From: an uncultured Clostridia bacterium
GTDB lineage: Bacteria; Bacillota; Clostridia; Oscillospirales; Oscillospiraceae
Length of the DNA stretch: 64,000 nt
Reading direction: 5' to 3'
Assembly (NCBI GenBank): GCA_945915065.1
Contig: CAMEER010000004.1
Location: 5,360-69,359 of the forward strand
Of this stretch, positions 37,615-48,817 are shown one piece after another (positions within the stretch are counted from its first letter, which is position 1; each line of letters starts with the position of its first letter). Made by a program: the position numbers and the translations under genes. The notes beneath the pieces were generated by a model. That model did not search any database, had not been told where the DNA came from, and saw nothing but the letters and a program-made list of their open reading frames with translations.

Positions 37615-40600
37615 TTAGAACAAGCTTACCTGACTGGTCTCCGCCATGCCGGCAAAGGCCCCCAGCGCCTTGAGCTGCTCGATGTGGGTCTTGCTGAGCT
37701 TGTTGCAGGTGGCGGCAAATTCCTCAATGGAGATGAATTCCTTGCCCTTACGCTGCTCCACGGTGGCCAGTGCCGCCGCTTCACCCAGCCCGTGTACCGA
37801 TACGAAAGGCGGCAGCAGGGCGTTATCACCTATGATGCGGAAATGGGTGGCGTCTGACTCGTAGATGTTGATGGGGTCGAATTGGAAGCCCCGCAGATAG
37901 AACTCGTAGCACACCTCCAGCGTTACCATCAGATTCTGCTCCACATCGGTGGCGTCCTTATTGTTCTCGATCTCCTTGATCTTTCGCTTTACTGCGTCGA
38001 TACCGGCGCAGCAGTACTCCGCGTCAAAGGCTTTTGCCCGGATGGAGAAGAAGGTGGCATAGAAAGCCAGTGGCCGGTGGACCTTGAACCATGCGATACG
38101 GAAGGCCATCATCACATAGGCCACGGCGTGGGCCTTGGGGAACAGATAGCCGATCTTGGCCAGAGATTCGATGTACCAGTCGGGCACCTGATGCTCCCGC
38201 ATGGCCTCCTCCCAGCCCTCCTCAAAGCCCTTTTTCTTCACCTTACCCTTACGGACGGCCTCCATGATCTTGAAGCTCATCTTGGGGTCAAGGCCCATGG
38301 AAATGAGATACAGCATGATATCGTCACGGCAGCCCACCGTCTCCAGAACCGAGGCGGTACCGCTGACGATCAGCTCCCGGGCGTTGCCCAGCCACACGTC
38401 GGTTCCGTGGGAGAAGCCGGACAGGCGTACCAGCGTGTTGAAGTTGGTGGGCTGGGTGTCCACCAGCATCTGGCGGGTGAACCGGGTGTTGAACTCCGGG
38501 ATGGCCACGGCGCCGGTGGGACCGAGGATCTCGTCATTTTCATAGCCCAGCACCTTGGAGGAGGTGAATATGGACATGGTGTCCGGATCGTCCAGAGGGA
38601 TCTCCCGGGCATTGACGCCGGTGAGATCCTCCATGTACTTGATCATGGTGGGGTCATCGTGTCCCAGCATGTCCAGCTTCAGCAGGTTATCCTCCATGCA
38701 GTGGTATTCAAAATGGGTGGTGATGGTATCGCTGCCGGCGTCGTCGGCGGGATGCTGCACGGCGGTGAAATCCTCCACGTCCATGTCGTCGGGTACCACC
38801 ACCAGACCGCCGGGGTGCTGGCCTGTGGTGCGGCGGACACCGACACACCCCTGCGTCAGACGGTTCATCTCCGCGTTGGAGGCCGTTTCGCCCCGCTCTT
38901 CCAGATACTTCTTCACCATGCCGAAGGCAGTTTTTTCCGCCAGCGTACCGATGGTGCCGGCCCGAAATACCTGGGTGGCGCCGAACATCTCAATGGCATG
39001 GCGGTGGGCGCGGGACTGATATTCGCCGGAGAAGTTCAGGTCGATGTCCGGCACCTTGCCGCCGCCATAGCCCAAAAACGTCTCAAAGGGAATATCAAAG
39101 CCGTCCTTTTTCAGCCTTGTGCCGCACCGGGGACAGTCCCTGTCCGGCATATCCGCGCCGCAGCCATACTGCTTGTCCTGCTGGAACTCCACATACTGGC
39201 ACTTTGGGCAGTAGTAGTGGGGCGGCAGGGAGTTGACCTCGGTAATGCCGGACATATAGGCCACCAGTGAGGAGCCCACAGAGCCTCGCGAGCCCACCAG
39301 ATAGCCGTTTTCCAGACTCCGCTGCACCAGCTTCTGGGCGGACATATACACCACGTCATACTTACCCAGGATGCTGCCCAATTCCACATTCAGACGATCC
39401 ACGATCAGCTGCGGCGGGTTTTCCCCGTACATGGCGTGGCACTTGGCCCACACACGGTCGTTCAGCTCCTGCTCGGAGTTTTCAAGACGGGGCGGGAACA
39501 GCTGCCCCGGCGGCAGCAGTTCGATCTCCTCTACCAGATCGGCGATCTTGCGGGGGTTGTCGATGACCACCTCGTGGGCCTTTTCCGGCCCCAGATAGGA
39601 GAATTCCTCCAGCATTTCATCGGTAGTCTTGAAGTAGATGGGCAGCGATGCGTCGGCATCGGAAAATTTCTTGCTGGCCAGCAGAATGTGACGGTATACC
39701 TCGTCCTCCGGCTCCTGAAAATGCACGTCGCCGGTGGCGCATACCGGCTTGCCCAGCTCCTCGCCCAGCCGGACGATGGTGCGGTTGAAGTCCCGCAGTT
39801 CCTCCTCCGACTGCACCTCGCCGCTGCGCAGCATGAACATGTTGTTGCAGATGGGCTGTATCTCCAGATAATCATAAAAGCTGGCGATGCGCTTCAGCTC
39901 GCCCCATTCCCGGTGATCCGCCACCGCCCGGAACAGCTCGCCCGCCTCGCAGGCGGAGCCGATGATCAGACCCTCCCGGTAGGCGGCCAGCTCCGTCTTG
40001 GGGATGGTGGGCACCCGGTGGAAGTACTTCAGGTTGGAGGCGCTGATCAGCTGATACAGATGCTTTAAGCCCAGCTTGTTCTTGGCCAGAATGATGATGT
40101 GCTTGGGGAAGCGGTTGGACTTGCTGCCCTGAGGCCGCAGCTTCAGCATTTCGTTGTTGATCTGCTGAATGCGGTCGATGTGCATGTCCCGCTGCATTTT
40201 TTCAAAGAAGGGGATCAGCATATAGGCTACCATTCCGGCATCATCGGAAGCCCGGTGGTGGTTGAAAGCGGGCAGATCCAGATATTCCGCCACCACATCC
40301 AGCTTATATTTATGCAGCTCCGGCAGCAGATTCTGCGCCAGGATCAGCGAGTCGATATACGTCGGCTCAAAGTCAAGCCCCACCTTTTCGCACCCGGCGC
40401 GGATGAAACCAATATCGAAGGGGGCGTTGTGGGCTGCCAGCGGACGGCCGTCCACAAATTTCAAAAACGCCGTCAAGGCTTCCTTCAATGAGGGCGCATT
40501 GGCCAGCATGGCGTCGGTGATACCGGTCAGGCCGATAATCTCCGGCGTCAGACGGCGGTGGGGGTTGACAAAGGTCTGGAACGTGTCCGTGATCTGACCG

Positions 40601-41571
40601 TTTTTCAGCACCACCGCGCCGATCTCCGTTATGGCCTCGGTAGTGACCTTCAAGCCGGTGGTTTCAATGTCGAAACAGACGATCTCACCGTTAAACGGCT
40701 GATCCTGATCACCGTGTACGGCGATACGGTCGTCCAGATTATTGACGAAATACCCCTCTACACCATAGAGGATCTTGATCTTACCTGCGTTGTGCCAGGC
40801 GTCAGGGAAGGACTGCACCACGCCGTGGTCGGTGATGGCGATGGCGGGGTGTCCCCATGCGATGGCCTGCTTGATGACGCTGGCAGTGTCGGTCAGGGCG
40901 TCCATATTGGACATACGGGTGTGGAGATGCAGCTCCACCCGCTTTTCCGGGCTGGTGTCCCTGCGGCCCTCATGGACGGTCTTGCAAATGTTCTGCGGCC
41001 GCAGCTGGACATCCTTGCCGTCCCGGGTCAGCTCCACTATTCCCTGTACCCGCAGCCACATACCGGGATTGATGAGACCGGTCAAAGGCTTGGCCTCATT
41101 TTCGTCCATGTATTTGCGCACGGTGACGCTGCCGGCGTAGTCGGTCATGTCGAAGGTCAGGCACCACTGTCCCGGCCGCCGTGTTTCGCGCAATTCGGCG
41201 GAAAAGACCTTACCCTCCACCACGATGGCGCCCATCTTGGGATTCAGATCCACCATGGGAATGGCTTTGCCCTTGATGGGCTTGCCCATCAGCACCTCGC
41301 CGCCGGATTTTTTTCCGGAGGACTGGGGCGTGTGCACCATGAGCCGCAGCTGGCGCAGGTCGTATTCCTGCATCAGCAGCTGTCGCACCGCTTCTTGGGC
41401 GGCGCCGGGCAGCATTTCACCGCACTGGATCTCCAGTTCCATGGTGCGGCTGTCCCGGTCCAGCACACCGCCTGTTACCGCCGCGTCATGCAGCAGCAGC
41501 CGAAGCTCCCGGGGCGGCAGAAAGCGGTCAAAAAAATCAAAAAACGGTATTTTATCCGTCATAGTTACCAC
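37615..41571 (-). CDS. polC: DNA polymerase III PolC
   Basis: ELHLHT PHP, FDIETTG exonuclease, GSRGSVGSS, KVPDIDLNF, FPKAHA; start 41571 or 41562. Confidence 0.98.
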   Translation of the reverse strand: MVTMTDKIPFFDFFDRFLPPRELRLLLHDAAVTGGVLDRDSRTMELEIQCGEMLPGAAQEAVRQLLMQEYDLRQLRLMVHTPQSSGKKSGGEVLMGKPIKGKAIPMVDLNPKMGAIVVEGKVFSAELRETRRPGQWCLTFDMTDYAGSVTVRKYMDENEAKPLTGLINPGMWLRVQGIVELTRDGKDVQLRPQNICKTVHEGRRDTSPEKRVELHLHTRMSNMDALTDTASVIKQAIAWGHPAIAITDHGVVQSFPDAWHNAGKIKILYGVEGYFVNNLDDRIAVHGDQDQPFNGEIVCFDIETTGLKVTTEAITEIGAVVLKNGQITDTFQTFVNPHRRLTPEIIGLTGITDAMLANAPSLKEALTAFLKFVDGRPLAAHNAPFDIGFIRAGCEKVGLDFEPTYIDSLILAQNLLPELHKYKLDVVAEYLDLPAFNHHRASDDAGMVAYMLIPFFEKMQRDMHIDRIQQINNEMLKLRPQGSKSNRFPKHIIILAKNKLGLKHLYQLISASNLKYFHRVPTIPKTELAAYREGLIIGSACEAGELFRAVADHREWGELKRIASFYDYLEIQPICNNMFMLRSGEVQSEEELRDFNRTIVRLGEELGKPVCATGDVHFQEPEDEVYRHILLASKKFSDADASLPIYFKTTDEMLEEFSYLGPEKAHEVVIDNPRKIADLVEEIELLPPGQLFPPRLENSEQELNDRVWAKCHAMYGENPPQLIVDRLNVELGSILGKYDVVYMSAQKLVQRSLENGYLVGSRGSVGSSLVAYMSGITEVNSLPPHYYCPKCQYVEFQQDKQYGCGADMPDRDCPRCGTRLKKDGFDIPFETFLGYGGGKVPDIDLNFSGEYQSRAHRHAIEMFGATQVFRAGTIGTLAEKTAFGMVKKYLEERGETASNAEMNRLTQGCVGVRRTTGQHPGGLVVVPDDMDVEDFTAVQHPADDAGSDTITTHFEYHCMEDNLLKLDMLGHDDPTMIKYMEDLTGVNAREIPLDDPDTMSIFTSSKVLGYENDEILGPTGAVAIPEFNTRFTRQMLVDTQPTNFNTLVRLSGFSHGTDVWLGNARELIVSGTASVLETVGCRDDIMLYLISMGLDPKMSFKIMEAVRKGKVKKKGFEEGWEEAMREHQVPDWYIESLAKIGYLFPKAHAVAYVMMAFRIAWFKVHRPLAFYATFFSIRAKAFDAEYCCAGIDAVKRKIKEIENNKDATDVEQNLMVTLEVCYEFYLRGFQFDPINIYESDATHFRIIGDNALLPPFVSVHGLGEAAALATVEQRKGKEFISIEEFAATCNKLSKTHIEQLKALGAFAGMAETSQVSLF

Positions 41572-41572
41572 C

Positions 41573-42610
41573 TTACAGTTTCTCGATCTCCGCCATCAAG
41601 GCATCCACCAGATGTTCCTGCGGCACCTTGTACAGGATCTCGCCTTTGCGGAACAGCAGACCCTCCCCGTCTCCGCCGGCAATGCCCACGTCGGCATTCC
41701 GGGCCTCGCCGGGACCGTTGACGGCGCATCCCATGACCGCCACGGTGATGGGCTTGGTGCAGCCCCGCAGCCGCTGCTCCACCTCACGGGCGATGGGGAT
41801 CATGTCATATTTCGTCCGGCCGCAGGTAGGGCAGGAGATCAGATTCGGCCCGTTGCGGCGCATGTCGATGGCCTGCAGGATGCGTTTGGCGGCCACGACC
41901 TCCTCCACCGGATCGGCGGTCAGGCTGACCCGGATCGTATCGCCGATGCCCTGACATAGCAGTCCGCCGATGCCGATGGCGGATTTCAGCACGCCCATTT
42001 CCGGCGTCCCCGCCTCGGTGACGCCCAGATGCAGGGGATAGTCCGTCAGCCGGGACAGCAGGGTATAGGCCTGCATATTGGTGGGCACATGGGAGCATTT
42101 CACCGACAGGCAGATGTCGTCGAAGCCACAGTCATTCAACAGGCGTACATGACCCATGGCGCTGTCCACCAGCGCCTGCGCCGTTACGCCGCCGTATTGC
42201 TCCAGCAGCGGCTTTTCCAGCGAGCCGCCGTTGACGCCGATACGGATGGGGATATGGTGTAAGCGGCAGGCCTCCGCCACCGCCTGCACCCGCTCCTGAG
42301 AGCCGATATTGCCGGGGTTGATGCGGATCTTGTCCACACCTTCGGCGGCGCATTGCAGCGCCAGCCGGTAGTCAAAGTGGATATCCGCCACCAGCGGAAT
42401 ATGGATGGCCTTTTTGATCTGCCCGATGGCCCGCGCCGCCTCCGGGGTGGGCACCGCCACCCGGACGATCTCGCAGCCGGCCTGCTCCAGGCGCAGTATC
42501 TGGCTCACGGTGGCGGTCACATCCTCGGTGCGGGTGCTGCACATGGACTGGATGGCCACCGCCGCGCCGCCGCCGATGGTCACGCCACCGATGTTCATTT
42601 GTCTGCTCAT
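41573..42610 (-). CDS. ispG: HMBPP synthase
   Basis: IQSM, ADIHF, RINPGN, SCPTCGR, MGCAVNGPGE. Confidence 0.98.
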   Translation of the reverse strand: MSRQMNIGGVTIGGGAAVAIQSMCSTRTEDVTATVSQILRLEQAGCEIVRVAVPTPEAARAIGQIKKAIHIPLVADIHFDYRLALQCAAEGVDKIRINPGNIGSQERVQAVAEACRLHHIPIRIGVNGGSLEKPLLEQYGGVTAQALVDSAMGHVRLLNDCGFDDICLSVKCSHVPTNMQAYTLLSRLTDYPLHLGVTEAGTPEMGVLKSAIGIGGLLCQGIGDTIRVSLTADPVEEVVAAKRILQAIDMRRNGPNLISCPTCGRTKYDMIPIAREVEQRLRGCTKPITVAVMGCAVNGPGEARNADVGIAGGDGEGLLFRKGEILYKVPQEHLVDALMAEIEKL

Positions 42611-42625
42611 GGGTCATCCGTCCTC

Positions 42626-43696
42626 TCAGGTAAAGAGCTTCCACACATCGCTGAAGGTCACCAGCGCCATCAGCGCCAGCAGCAGCACCAATCCGGCGAA
42701 GTGAATATAGTTTTCGTATTTCAAGGGGATCTGCTTCTTAAAGATCGCCATGGAGATGGCGTTGACCACCAGAAACAGGATCTTGCCGCCGTCCAGTGCG
42801 GGAAGCGGCAGCAGGTTCATCACCGCCAGATTCACGGCGATCAGCGCCGCCAGATAGGCGATGTCGCCGATAGCGGCCCCCACCGTCTCCGCCGATTCGC
42901 CCACCTCTGTCATGGTGGACACGATGCCTACCGGGCCGCTGAGATCCCGCAGACCGGCCTCACCGGTCAGCAGCATTTTCAGGCTCAGCCGCACCAGCCG
43001 CACGAAATCCATGGCGTTATTCCAGCTGTTGGCAATCCGGTCGCGCCATGTGGCCTCCTTCACACCGAAGAACAGGCCATAGCCGGTATAGCTGCTGCCG
43101 CTCTGATCGGTGTACTCCCGCTTTTCCATAGGGAAGTCTGTCAGCGTGACCTTTTCCCCGTCCCGGCGTACCACCAGATCAAAAGTGCCGCCATGGTTCA
43201 TGCTCAGCAGCAGTCCCACGTCACTGTACATATATACCCGCTCACCGTCAATGGACAGCAGGGTATCGCCCACCTGCAAGCCGTCCTCCGCCTGCAGCGG
43301 ACAGCCATCGGCAAAGGCGGTGATGGTAGGGTCGTAGAATGCCTTTGCGCCGCTGTACAGCAGCAGCAAGATCAAAAGGCCCGCCAGGAAATTCATGATG
43401 GCGCCGGCGGCGAAGATCAGCAGCTTGGCCCAGAACCCCTGCCGGTACAGAGCGTGAGGATCGTCGGAGTCCTCCTCCTCGCCCTCCATGGCGCAGAAGC
43501 CGCCGCAGGGGATGGCCCGCAGGGCGTACAGCGTTTCGCCCTTCTGCTTTTTCCACAGGGCAGGCCCCATGCCGATGGAAAATTCGTTGACGGTCACGCC
43601 GCAGGCCTTGGCCGCCAGAAAGTGGCCCAGCTCATGGACGGCGATCAGTACGCCGAAGATGAAAATGGCCACAAGAATATATACGATGGTCGTCAT
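42626..43696 (-). CDS. rseP: RIP metalloprotease RseP
   Basis: HELGH, PDZ domain, NLLPLPALDGG. Confidence 0.95.
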   Translation of the reverse strand: MTTIVYILVAIFIFGVLIAVHELGHFLAAKACGVTVNEFSIGMGPALWKKQKGETLYALRAIPCGGFCAMEGEEEDSDDPHALYRQGFWAKLLIFAAGAIMNFLAGLLILLLLYSGAKAFYDPTITAFADGCPLQAEDGLQVGDTLLSIDGERVYMYSDVGLLLSMNHGGTFDLVVRRDGEKVTLTDFPMEKREYTDQSGSSYTGYGLFFGVKEATWRDRIANSWNNAMDFVRLVRLSLKMLLTGEAGLRDLSGPVGIVSTMTEVGESAETVGAAIGDIAYLAALIAVNLAVMNLLPLPALDGGKILFLVVNAISMAIFKKQIPLKYENYIHFAGLVLLLALMALVTFSDVWKLFT

Positions 43697-43710
43697 AGAT
43701 CACAATTCCT

Positions 43711-44865
43711 TTATCGTCTCAGTACCGTCCTTGCGGCCTCCCGGGCCAGACGGTCTGCTTCCAGTATATCCGCAAGGCTTGGCTGATATTTCACCGCCAC
43801 CTTGTCCAACACCGATTCCACCGTGCGGTGAATGCCGTTGAAGCCGGTCTCGCCCCGCAGAAAAGCCCATACGGCCTCCTCGTTGGCGGCATTCATGATG
43901 GCACAGGCGGTACCGCCCGCAGCGGCGCACTCCTTGGCAATGGCAAGGCACCGGAAGGCTTCCGTGTCCGGTGCGTGGAAGGTCAGCGCCCCGCAGGACA
44001 GCAGATCCAGCGGCGCTTCCGGAGACGCGGCGCGCTGCGGCCATGTCATGGCGTAGCGGATGGGCAGCTTCATGTCCGGCGTACCCAACTGGGCCAGCAT
44101 GGCGCCGTCCCGGAACTCCACCAGCGAGTGGATCACACTCTGCCGGTGGATCACTGTGTCCACACGGTCAAGAGGGAGATCATACAGGCGCATGGCCTCG
44201 ATGATCTCCAGTCCTTTGTTCATCAGGGTAGCGGAGTCAACGGTGATCTTACTTCCCATGGTCCAGTTAGGGTGCTTCAGCGCGTCGCCGGGGGTCATGC
44301 GCTCCAGCTGCTCATAGGGCATGCCGAAGAACGGACCGCCGGAGCAGGTCAGAATCAGCCGCTTGACCTCCCTTTGGTCATGGCAGCCCTGCAAACACTG
44401 AAAGATGGCGGAGTGTTCGCTGTCTACCGGAATGATCTGCGCGCCGTACTGTTTGGCGGCGTCCATCACCAGCTCACCGGCACACACCAGGGTTTCCTTG
44501 TTGGCAAGGGCGATGCGCCGTCCAAGGCGGATGGCGGCCAGCGTGGGTTCCAGTCCCACGCTGCCCACCACGGCGGTCACCACCGTGTCGGCTTCTTCCA
44601 CCTGTGCCGCCGCCAGCAGACCTTCCGCTCCGGAGCGTACCTCGATATCCGTATCACACAGACGGCGGCGCAGCGCACATGCCGCATCGTCATCGTAAAG
44701 CACCGCAAGGCGCGGGTGGAATTCCCGCGCCTGCGCTTCCAATAGGTCCACGCTGCTGTGGGCCGCCAACGCAGCCACACGCAGCTTCAATTCCCGGGCA
44801 ACTTCAAGCGTCTGCCGGCCGATGGAACCGGTGCATCCCAACAGGGAAATGGTTTTCGTCATCAT
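43711..44865 (-). CDS. dxr: 1-deoxy-D-xylulose-5-phosphate reductoisomerase
   Basis: LGCTGSIG, ALANKE, PVDSEHSA, HPNWTMG. Confidence 0.98.
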   Translation of the reverse strand: MMTKTISLLGCTGSIGRQTLEVARELKLRVAALAAHSSVDLLEAQAREFHPRLAVLYDDDAACALRRRLCDTDIEVRSGAEGLLAAAQVEEADTVVTAVVGSVGLEPTLAAIRLGRRIALANKETLVCAGELVMDAAKQYGAQIIPVDSEHSAIFQCLQGCHDQREVKRLILTCSGGPFFGMPYEQLERMTPGDALKHPNWTMGSKITVDSATLMNKGLEIIEAMRLYDLPLDRVDTVIHRQSVIHSLVEFRDGAMLAQLGTPDMKLPIRYAMTWPQRAASPEAPLDLLSCGALTFHAPDTEAFRCLAIAKECAAAGGTACAIMNAANEEAVWAFLRGETGFNGIHRTVESVLDKVAVKYQPSLADILEADRLAREAARTVLRR

Positions 44866-44872
44866 GCGCCTC

Positions 44873-45709
44873 TCAATACAGCGTGACGCTGCGGATGATA
44901 AGCCATACCACCGGGGCGGCAAAGATCACACTGTCGAACCGGTCCAGTACACCGCCGTGTCCGGGCAGCAGACGGCCGTAATCCTTGATGCCGCACTCCC
45001 GCTTGACGGCGGAAAAGCTCAGGTCACCCAACTGGCCCATGGCCGCGCCCGCCAGCCCCAGCACCACGCACCACGCGATGTTCAGCTGCACCTCCGTCAC
45101 CAGGAAGAACACGATGCGAAAGAGGATCATGCCCAGCATACCGCCGGCAAGGCCGCCGATGGCGCCCTCTATCGTTTTCTTGGGACTGACCCTTGGAGCC
45201 AGCTTGTGTTTGCCGAAGGCCATCCCGGCGAACAGCGCCGCCGAGTCGGAGCAAAACGCCGCCACCAGTACGATCAGCACGATACCGCCGCCATACGCCA
45301 TCAGCCGCAGCCGCATCAGGCAGCTGAAGGCCAGGGGAATGGCGACGCCTGCCGCCAAAATGGCGCACACATCCCGGAATGCCAGCGCCTGGGTCGTCCC
45401 GTATTCCACCACCACGCTGGCAAACAGCAGGACCAGCCATGCCGCCAGCAGCCACGCCATCAGCGCCGCTGCACCGGCTTCGCCGATACCGCCCAGATAT
45501 GTATGCAGGATCACCGTTACGCCCATGATACCGCTCAGGCCCCACCAGCGGCGGGCGATCTCCCTGCTGGAGACCGCCGACAGCAGCTCATGGGCGCCCA
45601 CGGCGCACAGGGCGCACATCAGCGCCGCCGTGGCCCAGTCCGGCGCGATGATCAGCACAAACAACAGCAGAGGGATTCCCACCACCGCCACTAAAATTCT
45701 TTGTAACAT
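44873..45709 (-). CDS. cdsA: Phosphatidate cytidylyltransferase
   Basis: SPKKTIEG, KDYG.LLPGHGGVLDRFDS. Confidence 0.96.
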   Translation of the reverse strand: MLQRILVAVVGIPLLLFVLIIAPDWATAALMCALCAVGAHELLSAVSSREIARRWWGLSGIMGVTVILHTYLGGIGEAGAAALMAWLLAAWLVLLFASVVVEYGTTQALAFRDVCAILAAGVAIPLAFSCLMRLRLMAYGGGIVLIVLVAAFCSDSAALFAGMAFGKHKLAPRVSPKKTIEGAIGGLAGGMLGMILFRIVFFLVTEVQLNIAWCVVLGLAGAAMGQLGDLSFSAVKRECGIKDYGRLLPGHGGVLDRFDSVIFAAPVVWLIIRSVTLY

Positions 45710-45721
45710 AGATGCTCCTTG

Positions 45722-46453
45722 TTATGATTTTACGCCGCCAAACCGGCGGTCACGTCCCTGATAGTCGATGATAGCCCTGTCCAGCGCGGCGCGGTCAAAG
45801 TCCGGCCACAGGGTATCGCAGAAGCAGAACTCACTGTAGGCGCACTGCCACAGCAGGAAATTGCTCAAGCGCAGCTCGCCGCTGGGGCGGATGATCAGTT
45901 CGGGGTCAGGGATACCGGCGGACCAGAGATACTTGCCGAAGTTCTCCTCTGTCCATTCCTCGCCTGCCTCGGCGCACAGCCGTGCCGCCCGCAGGATCTC
46001 GCTGCGTCCGCCGTAATTCAGGCAGATATTGGCCTGAAAGCCTTCGTAATGAGTGGAGATGGTGTTTGTCTGCGCCACCATCTGCTGCAGCTTGGGAGAC
46101 AGCGCCGCGGTATCGCCCCAAATTTTCAGGCGAATGTGGTCCCGCTCCATGGTGTCGATGGCCTCCTGCAGGTACTGCTCCAAAAGGCCCATGATGGTGT
46201 CCACCTCATCCTTGGGACGCTTCCAGTTCTCGGTGGAGAAGGCATATACCGTCAGGTACTCCACCCCCAGCTCCCTGCAGTAGGTGGCAATGTCACGGAA
46301 GGTCTCCGCGCCTTCTTTATGGCCGGCAGCGCGCGGAAGCCCACGCTTCTTTGCCCAACGACCGTTGCCGTCCATAATAATAGCGATGTGGCGGGGAAGG
46401 CGGCTCATGTCCACCTGCCCCGCCGTATTTCCGCGTTTCCGGAACAGGCCCAT
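45722..46453 (-). CDS. uppS: Undecaprenyl diphosphate synthase
   Basis: HIAIIMDGNGRWA, FSTENWKR, RLSNFLLWQ. Confidence 0.98.
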   Translation of the reverse strand: MGLFRKRGNTAGQVDMSRLPRHIAIIMDGNGRWAKKRGLPRAAGHKEGAETFRDIATYCRELGVEYLTVYAFSTENWKRPKDEVDTIMGLLEQYLQEAIDTMERDHIRLKIWGDTAALSPKLQQMVAQTNTISTHYEGFQANICLNYGGRSEILRAARLCAEAGEEWTEENFGKYLWSAGIPDPELIIRPSGELRLSNFLLWQCAYSEFCFCDTLWPDFDRAALDRAIIDYQGRDRRFGGVKS

Positions 46454-47010
46454 CAGACGGACATCAGTTCCTTTTCTTTGTTTTCCAGCAGCTTATCCAG
46501 TTCCTTGCAGCTGTCGTCGGTCATCTTCTGCAAGTCCTTCTCTGCGATCTTCAGCTCGTCCTCAGTGATCTCGGAGGCCTTCTGCTGCTTCTTGAAGTTA
46601 TCCATGGCGTCGCGGCGGATGTTGCGGATGGCCACCTTGCCGCCCTCGGTGTATTTGCGGATCTGCTTGACCAGCTCCTTACGGCGCTCCTCAGTCAGCT
46701 GGGGGAAAGCCAGACGGATGCTCTTGCCGTCGTTCTGGGGATTGATGCCCAGATCGGACTCCTGAATGGCTTTTTCAATGCCCTTCAAAGCGTTGGCGTC
46801 CCAGGGGGTGATCAGCAGCGTGCGGGGATCGGGGGAACCGATGGACGCGATCTGCTGGATCGGGGTGGGAGTGCCATAGTAATCCACGTTGATGCGGTTG
46901 AGCACAGAGGCGTTGGCCCGGCCGGCACGGACGGCGGCAAAGTCGTTCTCCACGGACTCGATGCTCTTCTTCATCTTTTCCTCGTAGATCTTGTATTCAT
47001 CCTTCAACAT
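46453..47010 (-). CDS. frr: Ribosome recycling factor
   Basis: RAGRAN, LTEERRKELVK, IRNIRRDA. Confidence 0.98.
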   Translation of the reverse strand: MLKDEYKIYEEKMKKSIESVENDFAAVRAGRANASVLNRINVDYYGTPTPIQQIASIGSPDPRTLLITPWDANALKGIEKAIQESDLGINPQNDGKSIRLAFPQLTEERRKELVKQIRKYTEGGKVAIRNIRRDAMDNFKKQQKASEITEDELKIAEKDLQKMTDDSCKELDKLLENKEKELMSV

Positions 47011-47015
47011 GTTCT

Positions 47016-47735
47016 TCAGTCCTCCTTGACAATTGTTCCGATTTTTTCACCGCGAATGGCGCGGACGATGTTATAGGGGTCTTTCAGGGCGAACACCAGC
47101 ACGGGAATGTGGTTGTCCATGGACATACTGGTGGCGGTGGAATCCATGACGGCCAGATGCCGGTTGAGCACCTCGTCATAGGTGATGGCGTCGAACTTTA
47201 CGGCATTGGCATTGGTGGCGGGATCGCTGTCGTACACGCCGTCAATATTTTTGGCCAGCAGTATCACGTCGGCGCCAATCTCCGCCGCCCGCAGCACCGC
47301 GGCGGTATCGGTGGAGAAATAAGGGTTGCCGGTGCCGCAGCCGAAGATGACCACGCGGCCCTTTTCCAGATGACGGATGGCCCGGGCACGGATGTAAGGC
47401 TCTGCCACGGCACGGATCTCCAGCGCTGTCTGCACCCGCACGTCCACGCCCTTTTGCTCCAGCACGTCGGCCATGGCCATGCAGTTCATGGTGGTGGCCA
47501 GCATGCCCATGTGGTCGGCCCGGGAACGCTCGATATATCCCTCGCCGTTCTTCACGCCGCGCCAGAAGTTGCCGCCGCCGATGACCACGCCCATCTGCAC
47601 ACCCATGGAGGCACATTCCTTGATCACGTCGGCCACCTGGCCCATAACTTTGAAATCCAGACCGAAGTGCTTGTCGCCGGCCAGCGCCTCGCCGCTGATC
47701 TTCAGCAGCACCCGTTTATATTTCGGTTCGTCCAT
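47016..47735 (-). CDS. pyrH: UMP kinase
   Basis: [26 protein letters not shown]. Confidence 0.98.
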   Translation of the reverse strand: MDEPKYKRVLLKISGEALAGDKHFGLDFKVMGQVADVIKECASMGVQMGVVIGGGNFWRGVKNGEGYIERSRADHMGMLATTMNCMAMADVLEQKGVDVRVQTALEIRAVAEPYIRARAIRHLEKGRVVIFGCGTGNPYFSTDTAAVLRAAEIGADVILLAKNIDGVYDSDPATNANAVKFDAITYDEVLNRHLAVMDSTATSMSMDNHIPVLVFALKDPYNIVRAIRGEKIGTIVKED

Positions 47736-47892
47736 GTGTTACGCTCCTATGCAAGTATTCCTTTGTATATTCCCTACTATTTTACCTTATTTCTTCCCGT
47801 TTGCATAGAGGGAAAATCAAAATTTTGCAGATTCTTTTATTGTCCTGCGATAAAAAAACTGATATACTGTCGAGGAGAGGAGCGATGATCCC

Positions 47893-48786
47893 ATGGAATT
47901 ACGTCATGTTCTGGGACGCACCTGGGTGGCGGAGGCGTCCACGGCGCTGCTGCCCATCTATCGCGTCACGGATGCGGATATGATATTGATCGACACCGGC
48001 TATGCCAAGCTGGACCGGGCTGGGCTGACAGCGCTGATCGAGGACAGCGGCTTTCATCTGCGGGGCATTATTTGCAGCCACGCGCATTTTGACCACAGCG
48101 GAAACGTCCGCTATTTACAGCAGCGCTGCGGTGCAAAGGCCGCCGCCCATATCATCGAAGCGGGTATCTCCGTCAACCCGGACGCCTACCGGGCCAATTA
48201 TGTGGCGCTGACCTACGGCAAGAGCCGGGAGATCTTTCTGGAGGAGTGTTTCGTTGCCGATACCATCATCGGCCCGGAGGACGACTTTCTCGACTTCTGC
48301 GGCGTGCGCTTCGGTATTTTGCAGCTGCCGGGCCACAGCGCCGGCCATATCGGCGTGGTGACGCCGGACAATGTGGCCTATGTGGGAGACTGCCTCATCG
48401 ATCAGCAGCAGATCGACAGCGCCAAGCTGCCCACCTCCATGTTCATTGCCCGGGATCTTCAAAGCAAGGAATTTCTGCGGCGGACAAAGTATGACGCCTA
48501 TATTCTGGCCCATAAGTCAGTGGTGACCGACATTGCCCCGCTGGTGGACAGCAACACCGCTTTTATCCACCGCAAGGCCGAGGAGCTGCTGAACGATCTG
48601 ACGGACGGCATGACCTTTGCCCAATGGATCAGCACCTTCTGCCAGAGGGAGAACATCCGCACCAAAAATGAATTGAAATTTTCCATCATTGAGCGGAATT
48701 TTTCCAACTTTGTGGACTGGCTCACCGATGAAGGCCGAATCCTCGTTCGGCGGGAATACTGTGCCAAAACGTATTATCATGGATAA
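47893..48786 (+). CDS. MBL-fold metallo-hydrolase
   Basis: LIDTG, SHAHFDH, PGHSAGH, VGD. Confidence 0.88.
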   Translation: MELRHVLGRTWVAEASTALLPIYRVTDADMILIDTGYAKLDRAGLTALIEDSGFHLRGIICSHAHFDHSGNVRYLQQRCGAKAAAHIIEAGISVNPDAYRANYVALTYGKSREIFLEECFVADTIIGPEDDFLDFCGVRFGILQLPGHSAGHIGVVTPDNVAYVGDCLIDQQQIDSAKLPTSMFIARDLQSKEFLRRTKYDAYILAHKSVVTDIAPLVDSNTAFIHRKAEELLNDLTDGMTFAQWISTFCQRENIRTKNELKFSIIERNFSNFVDWLTDEGRILVRREYCAKTYYHG

Positions 48787-48813
48787 AAAGAACCGCCGTC
48801 GGGCGGTTCTTTT
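48785..48813. terminator. Bidirectional terminator
   Basis: AAAAGAACCGCC-GTCG-GGCGGTTCTTTT. Confidence 0.85.
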
Positions 48814-48817
48814 GTCG